Shown here piece after piece: positions 1 through 14,690 of a stretch of DNA of 64,000 nucleotides. Numbering within the stretch: position 1 is the first letter of the stretch; the number at the start of each line of letters is the position of its first letter. The position numbers and the translations under genes were made by a program. The notes under the pieces were generated by a model. The model was not told the origin of the DNA, did no database searches, and worked only from the letters and a program-made list of their open reading frames with translations. Source of the DNA: Fistulifera solaris (Eukaryota); assembly GCA_030295235.1 (NCBI GenBank), contig AP026150.1, positions 186,001 through 250,000 of the forward strand, read 5' to 3'.

Positions 1-122
1 CCGATTGCGTCCACACAAGGTGGCAAAGAAACTGAGACCCATGTCGTGCAATTGCGGTAACGTGTCGGCATTCACGACGGTCGGATCCAAACGACAAGAA
101 GTCGTCGTCGTCCGATGATGGT
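1..122 (-). CDS. Possible exon of a gene running off the left edge (unknown product)
   Basis: Minus strand has an acceptor-like TTCTATAG followed by an open frame HHRTTTTSCRLDPTVVNADTLPQLHDMGLSFFATLCGRNR to the window edge; no recognisable domain. Confidence 0.25.
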
Positions 123-503
123 CTATAGAATGAAAGTGTTTCATCGTTTCACTGCTTCTACACGCGATAGTCAGCAAAATGAAAGGATAGGATGTTTAAT
201 AATAATAATAATAATATGAGAATGTGTTGTTGATGCAACAGATTCGTTGGTGTGATGAGGGAATCGTTTCATGAAAGGACGAGCGAGACCCATGACAGGA
301 CGGCGGGAGTCGCGAATAAACAAGAAAGAAAACGAGATACGGAGTACCAGTACTACGGAATAACGATGAACACACGCGAGGACACTTTGATATTTATTAT
401 ACTCCGGAGTAAACAAAAATGGATCTTCTTTTTCTTCATTCATTCATTCATTCATTTTGACATCTTCTTGCTTCAGAATCATTCAAAGATGATATGAACA
501 AAA

Positions 504-777
504 ATGAATTTCCATTATCAAAGTTTCATTAGTCTTTTTTTCACGCTCGTCGTCGTGTCGGTTTGTGGTCGTCGAAAAACAAATACTACCAGTACCACCA
601 TTGTTACAAACCTCACGACAATTCACAATCCTAATTATTTATTTGCACAAGATATTACCATCCTGGTGGTGACAGATGTACATTCTTGGGTGGGTGGTCA
701 TGGACCGAATGAGCCGCATCTCAATATTAATTACGGTCACGTTGTGAGTTTTTATGAACGCCTGTTACAACACGCGC

Positions 778-808
<31 letters not shown>

Positions 809-2387
809 GAAGGATTTGTTTTTCGTGATGAATGGAGATTGGATTGATGGGACCGGTCTTTCCTTTGATTTGACAGCATTGACACAAATTTTACAACAAA
901 TGCCGTGGGATGCCATCAATGTTGGGAATCATGAATTGTACCATGCGCCCTTACTCGAATTCATTACACAACCTGGTGGAATGATTGATTGGTTTGGCAA
1001 CAAGTATTTGTCGTCCAATATTGTGCTTACAAAGACACAACAAACATTCGGACAGCGTTACGTCATTTTGCAAGGAAATCACAGTGCCGTGTTGACCTTT
1101 GGTTTCTTGTACAATATGAAAGATCATGTCGATACAGTTCTAGTCCAAGAGATTGAAGCGGTCGTACAAGAAGCTTGGTTTTTGGATGCACTCCACAACA
1201 ACACGTACGATGCCATCTTAGTGTTGGCACATATGCACGTCCAAGATCCTCTCGTGCAAGTTCTATTACAAAACATAAGAGAACAAGTGGGGACAACCAT
1301 GCCAGTGCAATTTATTACTGGACACACACATATTCGCGACTATGCCATTCTCGATGAGTGGAGTGCGTCCTTTGAGGCAGGACGGTATTTGGATACTATC
1401 GGTGTTGTGTCATTTCCCAAAGCAAATCAAAATACGACGACGAAAAATGCCACCCAATTATTTACGCATCATTTTCTGGATGCGAATCACGAGACATTGA
1501 GTGCCGTACTGGACGTCGACAGCATCGATACTCCCAAGGGCGTGGCACTGTCGCAATTCATTGCCACCACACGAGAGGAATTGGGACTCAATCAAGGAAT
1601 GGGTTGTATTAATCAATCCTACTACACAACTTCGGCCCTGGGTGACTCTGCTTCCTTGTGGGGGTTCTTTATCAATGCCGTCGTGCCCAGCGTTCTGCCA
1701 GGAAAACATGCTTTGATGTTGGACAAGGGAGATCTGCGTTATGACTTACTAAAAGGAAACGTGAGACTCGATGATATCATTGCGGTATCACCCTTTAACG
1801 ATACTCTCTATTACTGGAAGGACATTCCGGGAAGTGTGATTTTACAATTGAACGAATCGATGAACGTCCAACATGATACCAGTTTTCTTCCCCTACTGCC
1901 GTCTTATATACTGGCACCTTCCGAGACGATTGTTCCCAGCACACTTTACGAACTCATGACATCCGAATTTGAGATTCCATCGATACGAGAAGCACTCGTG
2001 GCGATCTTTCCGAACGCATTGGAAGCGAAACCCACGGACCTAACTGCAACACAACTTTGGCTGAACTATTTCCGTGAACACAGTTCGTGCGGTATTCCAC
2101 ATCCCGAACTGACGCCTCACAAAGACGAACATACCGAAAGCAATCAAACCCAGGCCGGGGAGCCAGATAGTTCTCAGGAAGATCAGATGCGTCTCTTGTT
2201 TGTGGGAGTGGCCATGGGGACTATTCTTGTATTAGGAGCCATCCACATACGGCAGAGAAGTCATCAGTTTACGAAACTGAGGGTGACACGAGAAGCGGTG
2301 ATACTAGACGCTCGGCACGAGTTCTCGGAGGAAGATTCATCATCGAAACATCGTATGGAGGAAGAGAGCGAAGGGCTTTTTGTGTAG
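504..2387 (+). CDS. Membrane-anchored 5'-nucleotidase-like metallophosphoesterase (calcineurin-like family)
   Basis: 627-aa ORF with signal peptide; motifs TDVHSW, NGDWIDGTG, VGNHEL, LAHM, TGHTH; C-terminal SPFND nucleotidase-like region; TM helix near the C-terminus; polyQ from (CAA)n at about 777-809. Confidence 0.85.
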
Positions 2388-3344
2388 TGATGATCCAATG
2401 CGTCAGGGACGGTTTGGTCCGAACAAAGACCTGCCGCAGTGCGCTTCCAATTGGTTCCATTTTGAACTAAGATCCCATTCTTTTCTGGGAAAACGAATGT
2501 TGTGGAGGAACAATAAATCATGTGTTCTTAGATTGTAAAGAAGAGGACCTAGATTTGCTTCGTAGACGACTCACTCATCCGATCAGATACGGGAACTGCT
2601 GTAATGTCCAAGCTGTTCAAGTTTCTAGTCTTTGTTAGAATTTGAAGTTCAAGCTCGAGGTTGTTGAAAAGTGGGTGACCTTTTCGGTTGGGGTGGAAAA
2701 AGACTTTTCGACGTCAGTGCGAAAGCAGATCGTGAATCATCCTCGTCAGCACTAGATCGTGATTGAAGAGAGGGTTTCTATGGCAATGAATGTACTTTCT
2801 TTCCACAAGTTAGGCTTTGTCAAACTCAATTCTGATTGGCGGAGGTCCAGGTGTCTCAATGACGCATTTGTACTTTTTTACGTTCTCAAGTCAGAAGCGA
2901 GTTTACTAGCACAGCGGATAGCGAATGCGGGTGAAACCTGGCGGAAAACAGGAAGCGCTTTCATCGTTTTGATTTGCTGTAAACTTGAAGCTTCTATGGT
3001 ATTCCTATCGCTTCGATAATGATACACAAAAAATACTTATGAAGTGAAGTACTGAAAACCTCCAATCCACGTCCAAGTGAGCTAGCCGTCGGAAGAAATG
3101 TCGGACCATGTGCTCAACATCCGGGAGAAGCGTTGACGCATTCTTGTCTTGGAGGCACATTCCTACTGAATACATCAGTCTAAGCTTCAAGACGCTCTAC
3201 GGTCATAGTTGCATACTTTTGTACGTTTTCTGCGGTGGCTCGATCTGTTATCCCCGCCAACGTCGCTTGGATTTCCGATGTTGGAGCTGCGAGGAGCACA
3301 TAATTTCGGACGGCCCACTTCGACCTAAAGACTATACAAAAGCC

Positions 3345-4309
3345 ATGTGCCTACAACAAGCTTCGCCTTTAACTCCTGAAGATATTGCCGTGTCGGCATT
3401 GACCGACATGACGAGCAGCCAAACTGAAACAAGCAGCAAAGCGGTTGAGAAAACCCCAAAGTCCGCAAAACCAAGAAGCGCTTTAGCTTTCCGGTGCAAC
3501 CTACCGTAATTCAGTCGATCACTCCGTTGCGGGGCCAGGTCGACCACAGTTACCGGGATTTCTCGAAGATTCCTGCGGAAAAGGACTATGCGATACCTTT
3601 CAAGATTGAGGACATGTCGTTTGCTGAGAAGTTGCAGCACATTTTGTCTCGCGAAGAATTCAAGTGCATCACTTGGTTGCCTCACGGACGTGCCTTCAAA
3701 GTGATTGTACCGCTGGCGTTCGAGCGCCAAGTGTGCGAAGAATACTTTGGTCACAAACGATACTCCAGCTTTTTGCGACAGCTCAATAATCATGGTTTCA
3801 AGCACATTACGAAAGGTCCCGATCGTAATTCCTACTACCATGAATGTTTTCTCCGGAACATGCCTCATCTTTGTAAATACATGCCCGATTCCAAGGATGC
3901 CCGGCGTCAGATACCCGACCCTGAGAATGAGCCCGATCTCTACGAGATTTCGAAACGATTTTCTTTTGCGGGTGCGGTCGAGGTCAAATCACCATCGATC
4001 GTTCCGGAGACTCCGAGTACTTCACTCCTTTCCTCTCGCACGGCTTCCGAACTTCCTTGGATGGTGCCACCTCCAGCAAAGAGAGTAGCTGTCGGAACTG
4101 CATCCTTACCGAGTTTGGCGACCTTGCCTCCGGTGTTACCGGCGACGCCCCATTTGGTGCAACTCGCGCAAACGCTGCGACGTGACGAATTGATCCGCAA
4201 AGCTGCCCTCGTCGCCTCATTGGAAAACCGACAAGCCTTGCAGCAATTTACCGCTACCAACCAGGCGAACGTCCTGAATGATTTGATTCTCCGTAACATG
4301 TTCCGGTAA
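3345..4309 (+). CDS. Heat-shock factor (HSF-type DNA-binding domain) transcription factor
   Basis: FAEKLQHIL...ITWLPHGRAFKV...YFGHKRYSSFLRQLNNHGF...YYHECFLR, with the upstream VDHSYRDFS motif seen in diatom HSFs. ATG 3345 joins the 3494-4309 frame through a 1-nt indel near 3491. Confidence 0.9.
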
Positions 4310-5309
4310 ATGGAGGAGGGGTCTTTTGGGGATGGTTGCACGGATGCTAGCAACTCATTTAGTGCGTCCACTAAATTACTTTTCTTTAGATTTTAATATT
4401 GTTATTCTAATTTCAATACGAACTACCATCTAGAGTCATGGTTTATTTAGTGAGGGGTTGACTATATTTCCTTGTTGAACGAGACCTACTAGACCTAGGA
4501 ACGAAGGTCAATTTTTAACCAAGTGCCCACCTTAGATCGGAACCGTTCCGCTTTGTCATCAGAAATTGCGTGTTCCCAAAGTGTCAAAATCCGAAGCGTT
4601 GAATTTTGCATTTCGGCTGTGGCACTTGGAAAGAATGAGCTGGTGGCGGGTGGGACACGCCTTAAGAAGTCTAGACAAAAGAGTATAGAGACTCGTGGGC
4701 GTCGATCTACTGTTTCTTGACACACAGCCAAGCCACTGGACACGCCAGCGGTGACAAGGTGTTCGGATTTGTTACATCTCCGCTTCCGCAACAAATTTCA
4801 CTATTTCAATGGGTTCGCATTTGTAACATCCACGTTTACTATCTAGCAGATTGTGGTATGGCGAACGTGGCAACTTCCAGTGGCCTTTCGGAATTGCGTG
4901 TTCGATTAAAGTTATGGCTTAGAAATTCGTGAATGACAAGTCTTGTGCTACGATGACGTCAACGTGTCCGGGTATCAGACGCCCCTGTACACTCACAGAG
5001 GATTGAGGAACGTTTGAAAAGAGCCAATGACCTGCCGCGCCTCCACACACGGTACCCGATGAACGACAATGAACGGACAGGAATTTCCGTTGTAGAAACC
5101 CTTCCGAGCCAGCCGATCCCTCGGAGGGAGCTGCAGCAAAATATTCGTCGGAGACTCCAAGAAAAGGGAGCGCTCGTTCCGTTCATTTCCAATATACGTC
5201 CAGTTACCGGTACTTCGTAGGCTGTTCTATTCATTATTCGTTCAATTGGCTTTTTCTTTTTGTACACTCAAACTTACTCGCTTTGACACAAAAAAGAAAT
5301 GCTCACAAC

Positions 5310-7507
5310 ATGTTAGGACCCGATCGCTTTACTTTCGAAACTCCCAATGTCATTGATCCGGGGGATATGCCACCGGTAGCTCCGCGTCGTGAAGTATCGT
5401 CCAAGGAAACGACCACACCATCGACCCATTCGTCTTCAGACGATGACGACGATTCCGATTATCGACAAGCTCGTTCCAGTACCGCACGCTTATTAAGAGA
5501 TATTGAGGATTTGGAATTGACGGGTGATGATACGAAACAGAATCCGTATCATTACAACGACGACGACGATGACGAAGAACACAATCATCATTCGTTACCG
5601 ACTGCTGAAGAAGCGCGCCTGCATGCAACATCTCTTCTTTCAGCAAAACAGAATCGACGAAGCAATCTCGGTCGGTCGGTGCGTATTGATGCTCCGTATC
5701 GAAAACATTTGCTGCGGAAACGAATGATTCATTTGGCTATAAAATACGGTTGGATTCCGTTATTACTTGTGCTTCTCGTGGTATTGTTGGTAGTTTTTGT
5801 TCGACACCGTACAGCATCGGCACAACCCGACAGCAGCTTTGAACAGCAACGAAAATACAATTATTTTGTCAATTTCTTGAGTCAATCCGGAATTAGTTCC
5901 GTACATCATTTGACGACCGAGGGCACCGCCCAACACGAAGCCGTGTGGTGGTTGGCGCGCGAGGATCAGGCATTACCCACGACGTTCCCTCAAGATCAAC
6001 TGACTGACTATCGATTCGTGCAGCGCTATGTCCTCGCGGTGTTGTATTTTGCCCTCGACGGTCCAGAATGGAAAAATCAAGCCAACTTTCTGACACCCCA
6101 ACACGAATGTGCGTGGTACGCTCCGTCCTATTTCGATCAATTTTTGGGACATTATTACGCGGTCGGAGTGACGTGTGATCCGGTCGAAATGCGTGTTCAG
6201 GATTTGTTTTTGCCCCGCAACAATTTGAAAGGTGTCTTGCCCACAGAATTGATGCACTTGATGCATCTGAAAATGATATCGCTGCCGGGGAATACCGTGT
6301 TTGGAGAAATTCCGTCCGGGATCCAGGTATTGTCCCATTTGAAGTATCTGGATTTGAAGTACAATCAAATTTCCGGATATATTCCGGATTGGATTGATCG
6401 TTGGAGCAATCTCGAAGTCTTAACGTTGTCCAACAATGCCATGGAAGGGAGTGTCCCGGACGCCGTTTCGACACTGACGCGCTTGCGTACGCTCGCGTTG
6501 GACGACAATATGTTCACCGGCAATTTCTCTTTTGCGGAATCACTCACGCGATTAGAGTATTTTTACGCCGACCGGAATCTATTTTCATTTACGATCGACG
6601 ATACCTTCTTATCGAGTTTGATCAAATTGGATGAACTCGATCTCAGTTCGAATGACATTTCTTGTACGGAATTCCCGACCCATTTGTTGCAACATCCGAA
6701 CTTGGACGTATTGGATTTGGCAGATAACCGTCTGCAAGCTTCACTTCCGGCCGTCTTGGAAACGAATTTGGGCCTCGAATTTTTGTCCCTGCGCGACAAT
6801 CGTTTGTCGGGTCCCGTTCCCTCCAGTCTTCGATCGTTGCGGCGCTTGAAGCACTTGGACTTACAGAACAACGCGTTGACGGGAAAGTTGCCACTCGAGT
6901 TGAAAGAACTCACGGGATTGACGTACTTGGCTCTGGGATACAACAACTTTACCCGGACGCAAGATCTTCCACCCTTTTGGATGAATTGAGCAGTTTGCGG
7001 GAATTGTCGTTACCGTCTCATTCGCTGACAGGTACCATTCCCGGTTGGTTGGCGCAGTATTTACCCCAATTGGTCTATTTGGATTTGAGTTACAACGAAC
7101 TCAAGTTGGGGATTCCTAGCAATTTGCTGCAAATGTCGTCTTTGGAAATCTTGTTGTTGAACGACAATCAGTTGATTGGGACGCTTCCTACTTCTTCTGA
7201 AATTACCAACGATGCCTTGCAAGTTCTGACGTTGCATCACAATGAAAATCTCGCGGGGAATATATCACCACTGTGTCAAAATGGCTCTCTCTTAATGGGT
7301 TACGATTGCGCCACTTCTCTGCAATGCACGTGCTGTGCGGCCTGTTGTCCCACCAATGAAGATTGCTATCACGACGAACTACGTAGTACGATCGTGGCGA
7401 ACGAAGGCTTGTGGGAATACAAATACGAGCGTTCCCCCTTTGGCATGGAACCGGAACGTATGGATGCGAATGATCTGTTTGCAGTATTGCATCAACAACA
7501 GCCATGA
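5310..7507 (+). CDS. Type II membrane leucine-rich-repeat protein
   Basis: Acidic disordered N-terminus, one TM helix, QRYVLAVLYFALDGPEW / HECAWY cap, many LxxLxLxxNxLxGxxP repeats, Cys-rich CTCCAACC C-cap; frameshift at T-run 6975-6978. Confidence 0.88.
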
Positions 7508-7742
7508 ATGCGGATTGGATCGTAAGTCGCTATACAAATGAATAATCAAAAATATACTGAACTACATTTTCACTCGCAATTCTACTAGTCCGAAGTGTGG
7601 GCTAAAGGAACCGACAACTGCAACGTTTCGCGATATCTCACAAGAGTCCTACCTGATCATTCATTCGAGAGCTCTTTAATTCTGTCATGCAATTCTGATT
7701 ATATAGTAGTCGAGTATTATAGTAGTAGAGTACTCCTCGTTC

Positions 7743-9750
7743 TTAGTCCACCTTGATGGTCCCAAAGATTTTTCGCGTAAACCACAGCGAGGTTAACGTT
7801 CCCACTGTTCCAAAGACCAGGAACATGGCAAAGCAAATCAAAAACATATATCCGAAATACAACAAGTACGTCATGATCATGCGACTGGCTTCCAACGTGC
7901 GGAACCAAAAGATACTGTACGCAAACGTGTAAAAGGCGGTACTACCGGCACAAATGAACGAATACCACCACCAACGGTGATTCTCGGCACAGAGCTGGTA
8001 ATACACCAACAAGACCGTGATTTCGGCGCATGTTACAATCAGAATGAGGTACACAATCAAAGTAAAGCCAAACACGTAGTAGAACTGGTCCATCCACAAA
8101 CTCGTCATGATAAAGAAAAAGTTCCACGTAAGCGGCGGCAAAGGGAATGACCCCCGTCAAGGCCATACCCACCATGGGGTGCATGAGAGGTGGAGGCGGA
8201 GGAATCGCACGAGCAATCGTGCTCGTCACCGTGGGAAACTCAATCGGTTCGGCCTTGAAACCAAAGTAAGCGCCCAGGAACACGAGCGGGATCGAAATCA
8301 AGCACCACATAGCTCCCACAATGATGACATCCAACAAAGGTGCGCTGGCCGAAGATTGCTTGAACCACAAGATAATGTTGAAGAACAAGAACGTGAAGAA
8401 GGTTGTTCCGGGGAATAATACCGCCGTAAGAACGGTACACAGTTGCCAGTCGCGTCCACGGAAGGATTTGTAAATGTGACTGCTCAAATACCCTGCCACG
8501 ATCCCGAACAACATGTACACTACCAAAAGGAAGATCATCAATGACCCACGACGGGCGGGAGACAAGAATCCAATGGCCGAAAAGATAATGGCAAACAGCG
8601 CCGTCAGGCACAACTGCGCCCCCGATCCGCAAAAGACACAATAGAGCATCGGAACGTTCTGCGGAGGGCGGAAGACATCGGCATGCACCAATTTCCATCC
8701 CGTTTCTTCTGATTCTTCGTCCTTTTCTTCGTCGGCTAGAACGGCGAGCGCTTCGTAGGCGGCAATATCCCGTCGTAAATTGCGCACCAAGACGGAAATG
8801 ACCAACAACGACAAGAACATGACGACCAGAATCGAGTTGGTGATGGAATACCAGTGCACTTTGGCGGGTACCAAATGATCTGTTCGAACACAAAAAGGGT
8901 TGAGTGCGCGATTTTGTTATAGCGGCAACTGCCACACTCTCGTCTACGAACCTTCATTCAAATAGATATCCCACCGCGACGTCCATTCAATGTCACTCGG
9001 TTCCCACAGTACGTCGTACGTATATAAAATAGTTTCATCAGGTTTGACAACTTGACTCAATTTGATCATATCTCGACTGAGATGAACTTCGGAAGGACAC
9101 GTTTTGAGTTTCTTCGTTTTGCCTTCCTCCGAGGTACCATCCCACTTGTATTTGTTTTCAAATTCGTGTTTCACACTGAGTGGTTCTACCGCAAATCCAA
9201 CGACACTGTACCCACCATCTTCATTGGCATGATAATCCACGTGAATATTGACGTGATTGTAAATATACGGTAACTGAGTATCGGCCGACACGAACCCAAT
9301 GGGAAAACCACCGGCATAGCGCTTCTTTTCGTCTCCGTGTGCATCCAATCCCAAGGCCGCCGATGGCAAATTATCAATAATCCAATTATTGTGATATCCG
9401 TATTGAATGTGGAGTCGCAATTTGGAATGCTCTAATTTGCTCAATTGCTTTTGACACAATGGACGACAATACACTTCTTCCAACATTTTTAACTGGTAGG
9501 GTGAATTCTGAATCTTGTTGCCCGTCAAGAATTCCCCCAAATTTTCCGATACCATTTGAATGCCTTCGGTAGGTTCACAAAACGGTAAACGATAATAGCC
9601 CCGGGGCATTTGTGTGTGCGTCGAAGTCATCGAATTGACTTTGAGGGGGACGTCTTCCCCTTCCCGAAAGGAATGCGGTTGCACGCCCGGAATATAAAAC
9701 GCGTGTCCTTGGACACAACAGGAGAGTAATAAAACTAGTGAAAACAACAT
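7743..9750 (-). CDS. TM9SF: Nonaspanin / endomembrane protein 70 (TM9SF2/4 type)
   Basis: AFYIPGVQP, ENLGEFLTGNKI, VHWYSITNS, EETGWKLVHADVFRPP, C-terminal KVD; GT-AG intron 8880-8951; extra base near 8116-8120. Confidence 0.95.
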
Positions 9751-10265
9751 GATGATTGATGATGAATGGAAGGAAGGGAGGAAGGAAGGAAAACAATAAT
9801 ACTCCATTATCATTCGCAAGGGCTGCAGGCAATACGTAGTATAAGCACTTGGCATGACCATTGCAACAACACAGCAGCGGCTGTTCGAGTACAAAGTACA
9901 AAGTATACCTTTTCCAATTACCCACCGGTCTTTCCGTTGCTATTGACACCTATACTGAATGTGATCCGTTGCAGTGGAACTCAATTCTTCATTAACTACT
10001 TGGAAGCCATGTTCTGTCGCAATGCGAGTAAAAGGCCGGCGCGGAGGTGGCACCGCCATGCGTACAGGAACTTGTAGAGTGCAAAAACCTATGGACACGA
10101 CTGTAGTCGTGGTTTTCCGTTGCGCGGTCTTTTTCTCGTCCCTTTCGTCGCATTTGTTTTTCATTATTTTTCATTTTCATTACTTTTTCCAAAAACATTG
10201 GCTTGCATCATCATACTACCCTGCCCATTGCATCATCATTTTCTTGATTAACTAACAACTCTAGA

Positions 10266-13176
10266 ATGTCGACACAAGAATCTTCGCGTCGTCGTAGACG
10301 CATTCATGACGATAATAATGATGATGATGATGATGATGATGACGACGATGACGCGAGCGATGATTTCGGCAGTCCCCGTCACAATGACGCCCGCGCCGAA
10401 CGACTCGCACGACGTGCCGCCCAACGACGCCGGGTACGACAACGACAAGAATTGCTCGCCTTGGCGGGTGAAGAAGACGAATATCGTCCAGTAGATGAAG
10501 AAGAGGCAGAAGAAGCTGTCGAAGACTATGACGATGATGGACCTCCCGAAGAAGAAGAAGAAGAAGAAGAAGAAGAAGAAGAAGAAGAAGAAGAAGACGG
10601 CGAAGATTTGCTCGAAAACGCGGAACGTGATTACCAACGTATTGATGCCTTGGATCATTATGGGACCGAAGGCATTGATGATCGTGAATACGATCTCATG
10701 GATGAAGAACAACGTCGGGCAGCCGAAGCTGAATTGCGCATTCGAGATCGCACGAGAGGTCGCAATGAAGGCTTTTATGGCATGTTGGACACCATGGAAG
10801 AAGACGAAGACGAAGAAGCACGGCAGGCGCGACGCAGTGGCTTGGCGGCGGCACGCATCGATGAAGGTGATGACGTTATAGACGATGGGGATGAAACGGA
10901 TGAAGAGGATTTGGATGGCAACGATCAAGTCAATTTGGGTGCGTTTGATGTGCCTCTCCGCGAATGGATTGCGCAAGACCGCACCCGTCGTGAAATTCAA
11001 CGACGATTCCGGTCTTTTCTACGGAATTTCACAGGAAATCCAGAAGACGCAAGTCGCCGTCGTGGCAATGGAATCTACGAGCACAAGATTCGGGCCATGT
11101 GTGCCGCAAACCTTTTCGACCTTGCAGGTATCCTACCTGCATTTGATCGAGGCGCAACCCATTTTGGCTATTTGGCTTACGGATGCCCCAAAAGACATGA
11201 TTCCGGTCCTCAATGAAGCGGCCACGCGTCACACATTGATGCTATTCCCGTCCTACAATTCCATCAAATCGGAAATTCATGTGCGTGTGGGGGACTTCCC
11301 CATTCTCAATTCATTAAGAGAATTGCGTCGATCGCATCTCGATTCCATGGTCAAAGTCCTCGGGGTAGTGACCCGTCGTTCGACGGTGTATCCACAACTG
11401 CAAATCGCCTACTATTCCTGCCTGGCGTGCAAGACGACACAAGGACCTTTCCTCGTGGAGGGTTTCGGGTCGTCGTTGCCCGAAGCCAGCAAACCGGATC
11501 AGTGCTTTCATTGTGACGCCACCAACTTCAAATTGAATTCCGGAAAGTCGATTTACCGCAATGTGCAGCGTTGGAATGTCCAAGAAACGCCCGGGTCTGT
11601 ACCTCCGGGTAGAGTTCCTCGCACCAAAGAAGTGGTCGTGGCGGATGATCTGATCGATATTGCGAGACCGGGCGAGGAGGTTGAAGTGACGGGTGTTTTT
11701 GAACACACCTTTGACTCGACTTTGACTTTGAAAAGTGGCTTCCCGGTATTCAGTACCTTCATATACGCGAATCACGTCAGCAAACGAGAAGACGCAACCA
11801 GTGCTTCGAATCTGTCGGAAGAGGACATTCGCCAAATTTTGGAGTTGGCGAAAGATCCGAAGATCGGTGACCGCATTGTTCAGAGCATTGCTCCTAGTAT
11901 TTATGGTCAAGAATTTTGCAAAATGGCACTGGCGATGAGTTTGTTTGCCGGTGTCCCCAAACATGTGGACGACAAACATCGCATCCGTGGTGATATCAAT
12001 GTGCTGTTGCTGGGTGACCCTGGTACAGCGAAGAGTCAGCTTCTCAAATACGCCGAGAGCACCGCACCGCGAGCGGTGTACAGCACCGGCAAGGGTGCCA
12101 GTGCCGTGGGTCTAACGGCCAGCGTACAGAAGGATCCCATCACACGCGAATGGACTTTGGAAGGTGGTGCACTGGTACTAGCCGACAAGGGTGTTTGTTT
12201 GATTGATGAGTTTGACAAGATGAATGAACAGGATCGTACCAGTATCCACGAGGCTATGGAGCAACAAAGTATTTCCGTGTCCAAGGCGGGCATTGTAACC
12301 TCGCTGCAAGCACGTTGCTCCGTCATCGCTGCCGCAAATCCCATTGGTGGGCGATACGACAGTTCCAATACACTGGCCGACAATGTTGAATTGACGGATC
12401 CCATCTTACAGCGTTTTGATATTCTCTGTGTACTACAGGATACCGTAGATCCGGTCGCCGATGAACGATTGGCTACCTTTGTCACTAGCAGTCACATGCG
12501 CTGCACACCGACCAGTGAGCTCGCGAAAGGTGAGCTTCCACAGTCTGAAACACAACCGGAACGCCCCGACCTAATTCCGCAACAACTGCTGCGCAAGTAC
12601 ATCCAGTACGCTCGAACCAACTTGAAACCCGTGTTAAGGAACAACACGTTTGATCAGGAGAAAGTAGCCTCGTTGTACGTTGCCCTTCGACGCGAATCTG
12701 CCGCCTCGGGTGGTGTTCCCATTGCCGTGCGACACATTGAGTCCATCATGCGCATGGCGGAAGCGCACGCCAAAATGCACTTGCGCGAATATGTTCGCGA
12801 CGATGACATGGATGCTAGCATCCGGATGATGCTGGAAAGCTTTATTACGGCGCAAAAGTTTAGTGTCCGCCGCGCCTTGAAACGTTCATTTGCCAAGTTC
12901 ATCACGACAGGAGAAGATCGGGCCCATTTGTTGCTGCACATTTTGCAGGACATGTTCCGGAAGGAACAAATGTATCAAGTGATTCGTTTGCGACAACGCA
13001 GTCAGGTTGATAATGCCTTGGAGATCTTGGAAGTCCCACTCGACGAGTTTGAAAGCCGAGCCCGCGAACGACGAATCTACGATGTATCCGACTTTATCCG
13101 TGGAGCTGGTTTCCGTGAGGCGGGTTATGCGTACGATGACGAAAGGCGCCTGATCTTGCGCAAAATTGCCGAATAA
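10266..13176 (+). CDS. MCM2: DNA replication licensing factor MCM2
   Basis: Acidic N-terminus with DGEDLLENAERDY histone-binding region, zinc finger, GDPGTAKSQ, IDEFDKM, SIHEAMEQQSISVSKAGI; frameshift at T-run 11113-11116. Confidence 0.97.
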
Positions 13177-13249
13177 TTTCTATAACTGAAACAAAGCAAC
13201 GATTCACAAAACGGCACGTCCATTATATAGTTTAATAGATTTTCATAAA

Positions 13250-14018
13250 TTAATGATTGGCGAGAGGAGCCGAAGGAATATGAAAGACGGATGCTTCCGA
13301 GTCCTTGCCACCAATGGCATCGGCTGGAGTGGCCGGCAGTAAATAACTCGGCGTGGCTTCCACTTCCCCCAAATCTTCCTCCAACTCATCCCCTAGCATT
13401 TCCAATTCCGCATCTAAATCGGCTTCGTCAATATCATCGGGTGTGGCGAAATTTCGACCGAGGGCTTCATTGATGTCTGCGAAGAAGAAGAAAAAAAGAA
13501 GGTGAGATGTACAAGGGTTGAGAGAAGAACCATACATTTTCTCCTTTGTTCCTGCGATCAAAACAAAACAAAAAAGAAAACGTACCATTGAAATCATCCA
13601 TCAATTCCGCCATATCATCCCCTAAATCATCAATATCATCAATATTTAAATCTTTGCGCAACGTGCGTTTCAATTCTTGATTGGCCGCTTTCATGGCCGC
13701 GACCGTACTAATACTTGCTTTGGCCGATTCCAAACCAAAATTGGTTTGATCAATATTGAATTGTTGACTGGTAACCGTATCGCGTTGTTTTTCGTACATG
13801 CGTTTGCGTTTGAGCACTTCGAGAGCGCGTTTTTGCCATTGTTTCTTGGCGGCGACACTCGGAGCTTTTTTGATCTTGTCTTTATAAACCTTCAATTCGG
13901 TTTCGAGATCAGCAATCTTTTGATCCATACTGCTAATGCGAGTGCCCAAACCAGCGGAGGCTTCATCGAGAGATGGAGCAGGTCCAGTGGCTTTCTTTTT
14001 TCCAAAGACGCGGTTCAT
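13250..14018 (-). CDS. VPS60: ESCRT-III subunit Vps60/CHMP5
   Basis: MNRVFGKKK...RALEVLKRKRMYEKQRD...QQFNIDQTNF...DIDEADLDAELEMLGDE; intron 13477-13585. Confidence 0.93.
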
Positions 14019-14354
14019 ACTGTGTGTGTATGTGTATGTATATGTAATGATGTATGTAATGTAGAAGTGATTATCGATGGTCAAGGTCGGTTGGTTCTTT
14101 TACGACTACCAGTATTTGTGGTGTTACAGCAGTTCTTCGTTCTCTCCACAGAAAGGAAAATGTTTTTTATTGCTCAATTGTTTCAAATAAAAAGGCGTGT
14201 CAATTATTTTTTTACGACGCGAAGAAACAGCAAAATGAGGAAACGACAAATTTCATTCGTGGATTTGCGCGAACGCCCACTTGGAGTCGTGCAAAAAAAT
14301 AAGGAGCCCATCACACTTCTCCCAACTAGGATCGTAAAACTGACTGCTCTAGAG

Positions 14355-14556
<202 letters not shown>

Positions 14557-14690
14557 GACCAACCGATGATATATTCTCTATTCTTTATCTCTATCTGTAA
14601 GAGGGTTATCGACCAAACGATAACAACCCAACAAAAGATATATGCAATCCGGCCCAGGCATATATTGACCGTTCCAAAAACGAAAACATT

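Noticed and set aside
10248..11000. Poly-F/poly-I and poly-K/poly-M ORFs
   Set aside because: They are alternative frames of the (GAA)n and (GAT)n acidic tracts of MCM2.
11101..11120. Programmed frameshifting or pseudogenisation of MCM2 and other split genes
   Set aside because: Indels are of mixed sign, lie in homopolymers and leave the proteins otherwise conserved, so sequencing error is more likely.
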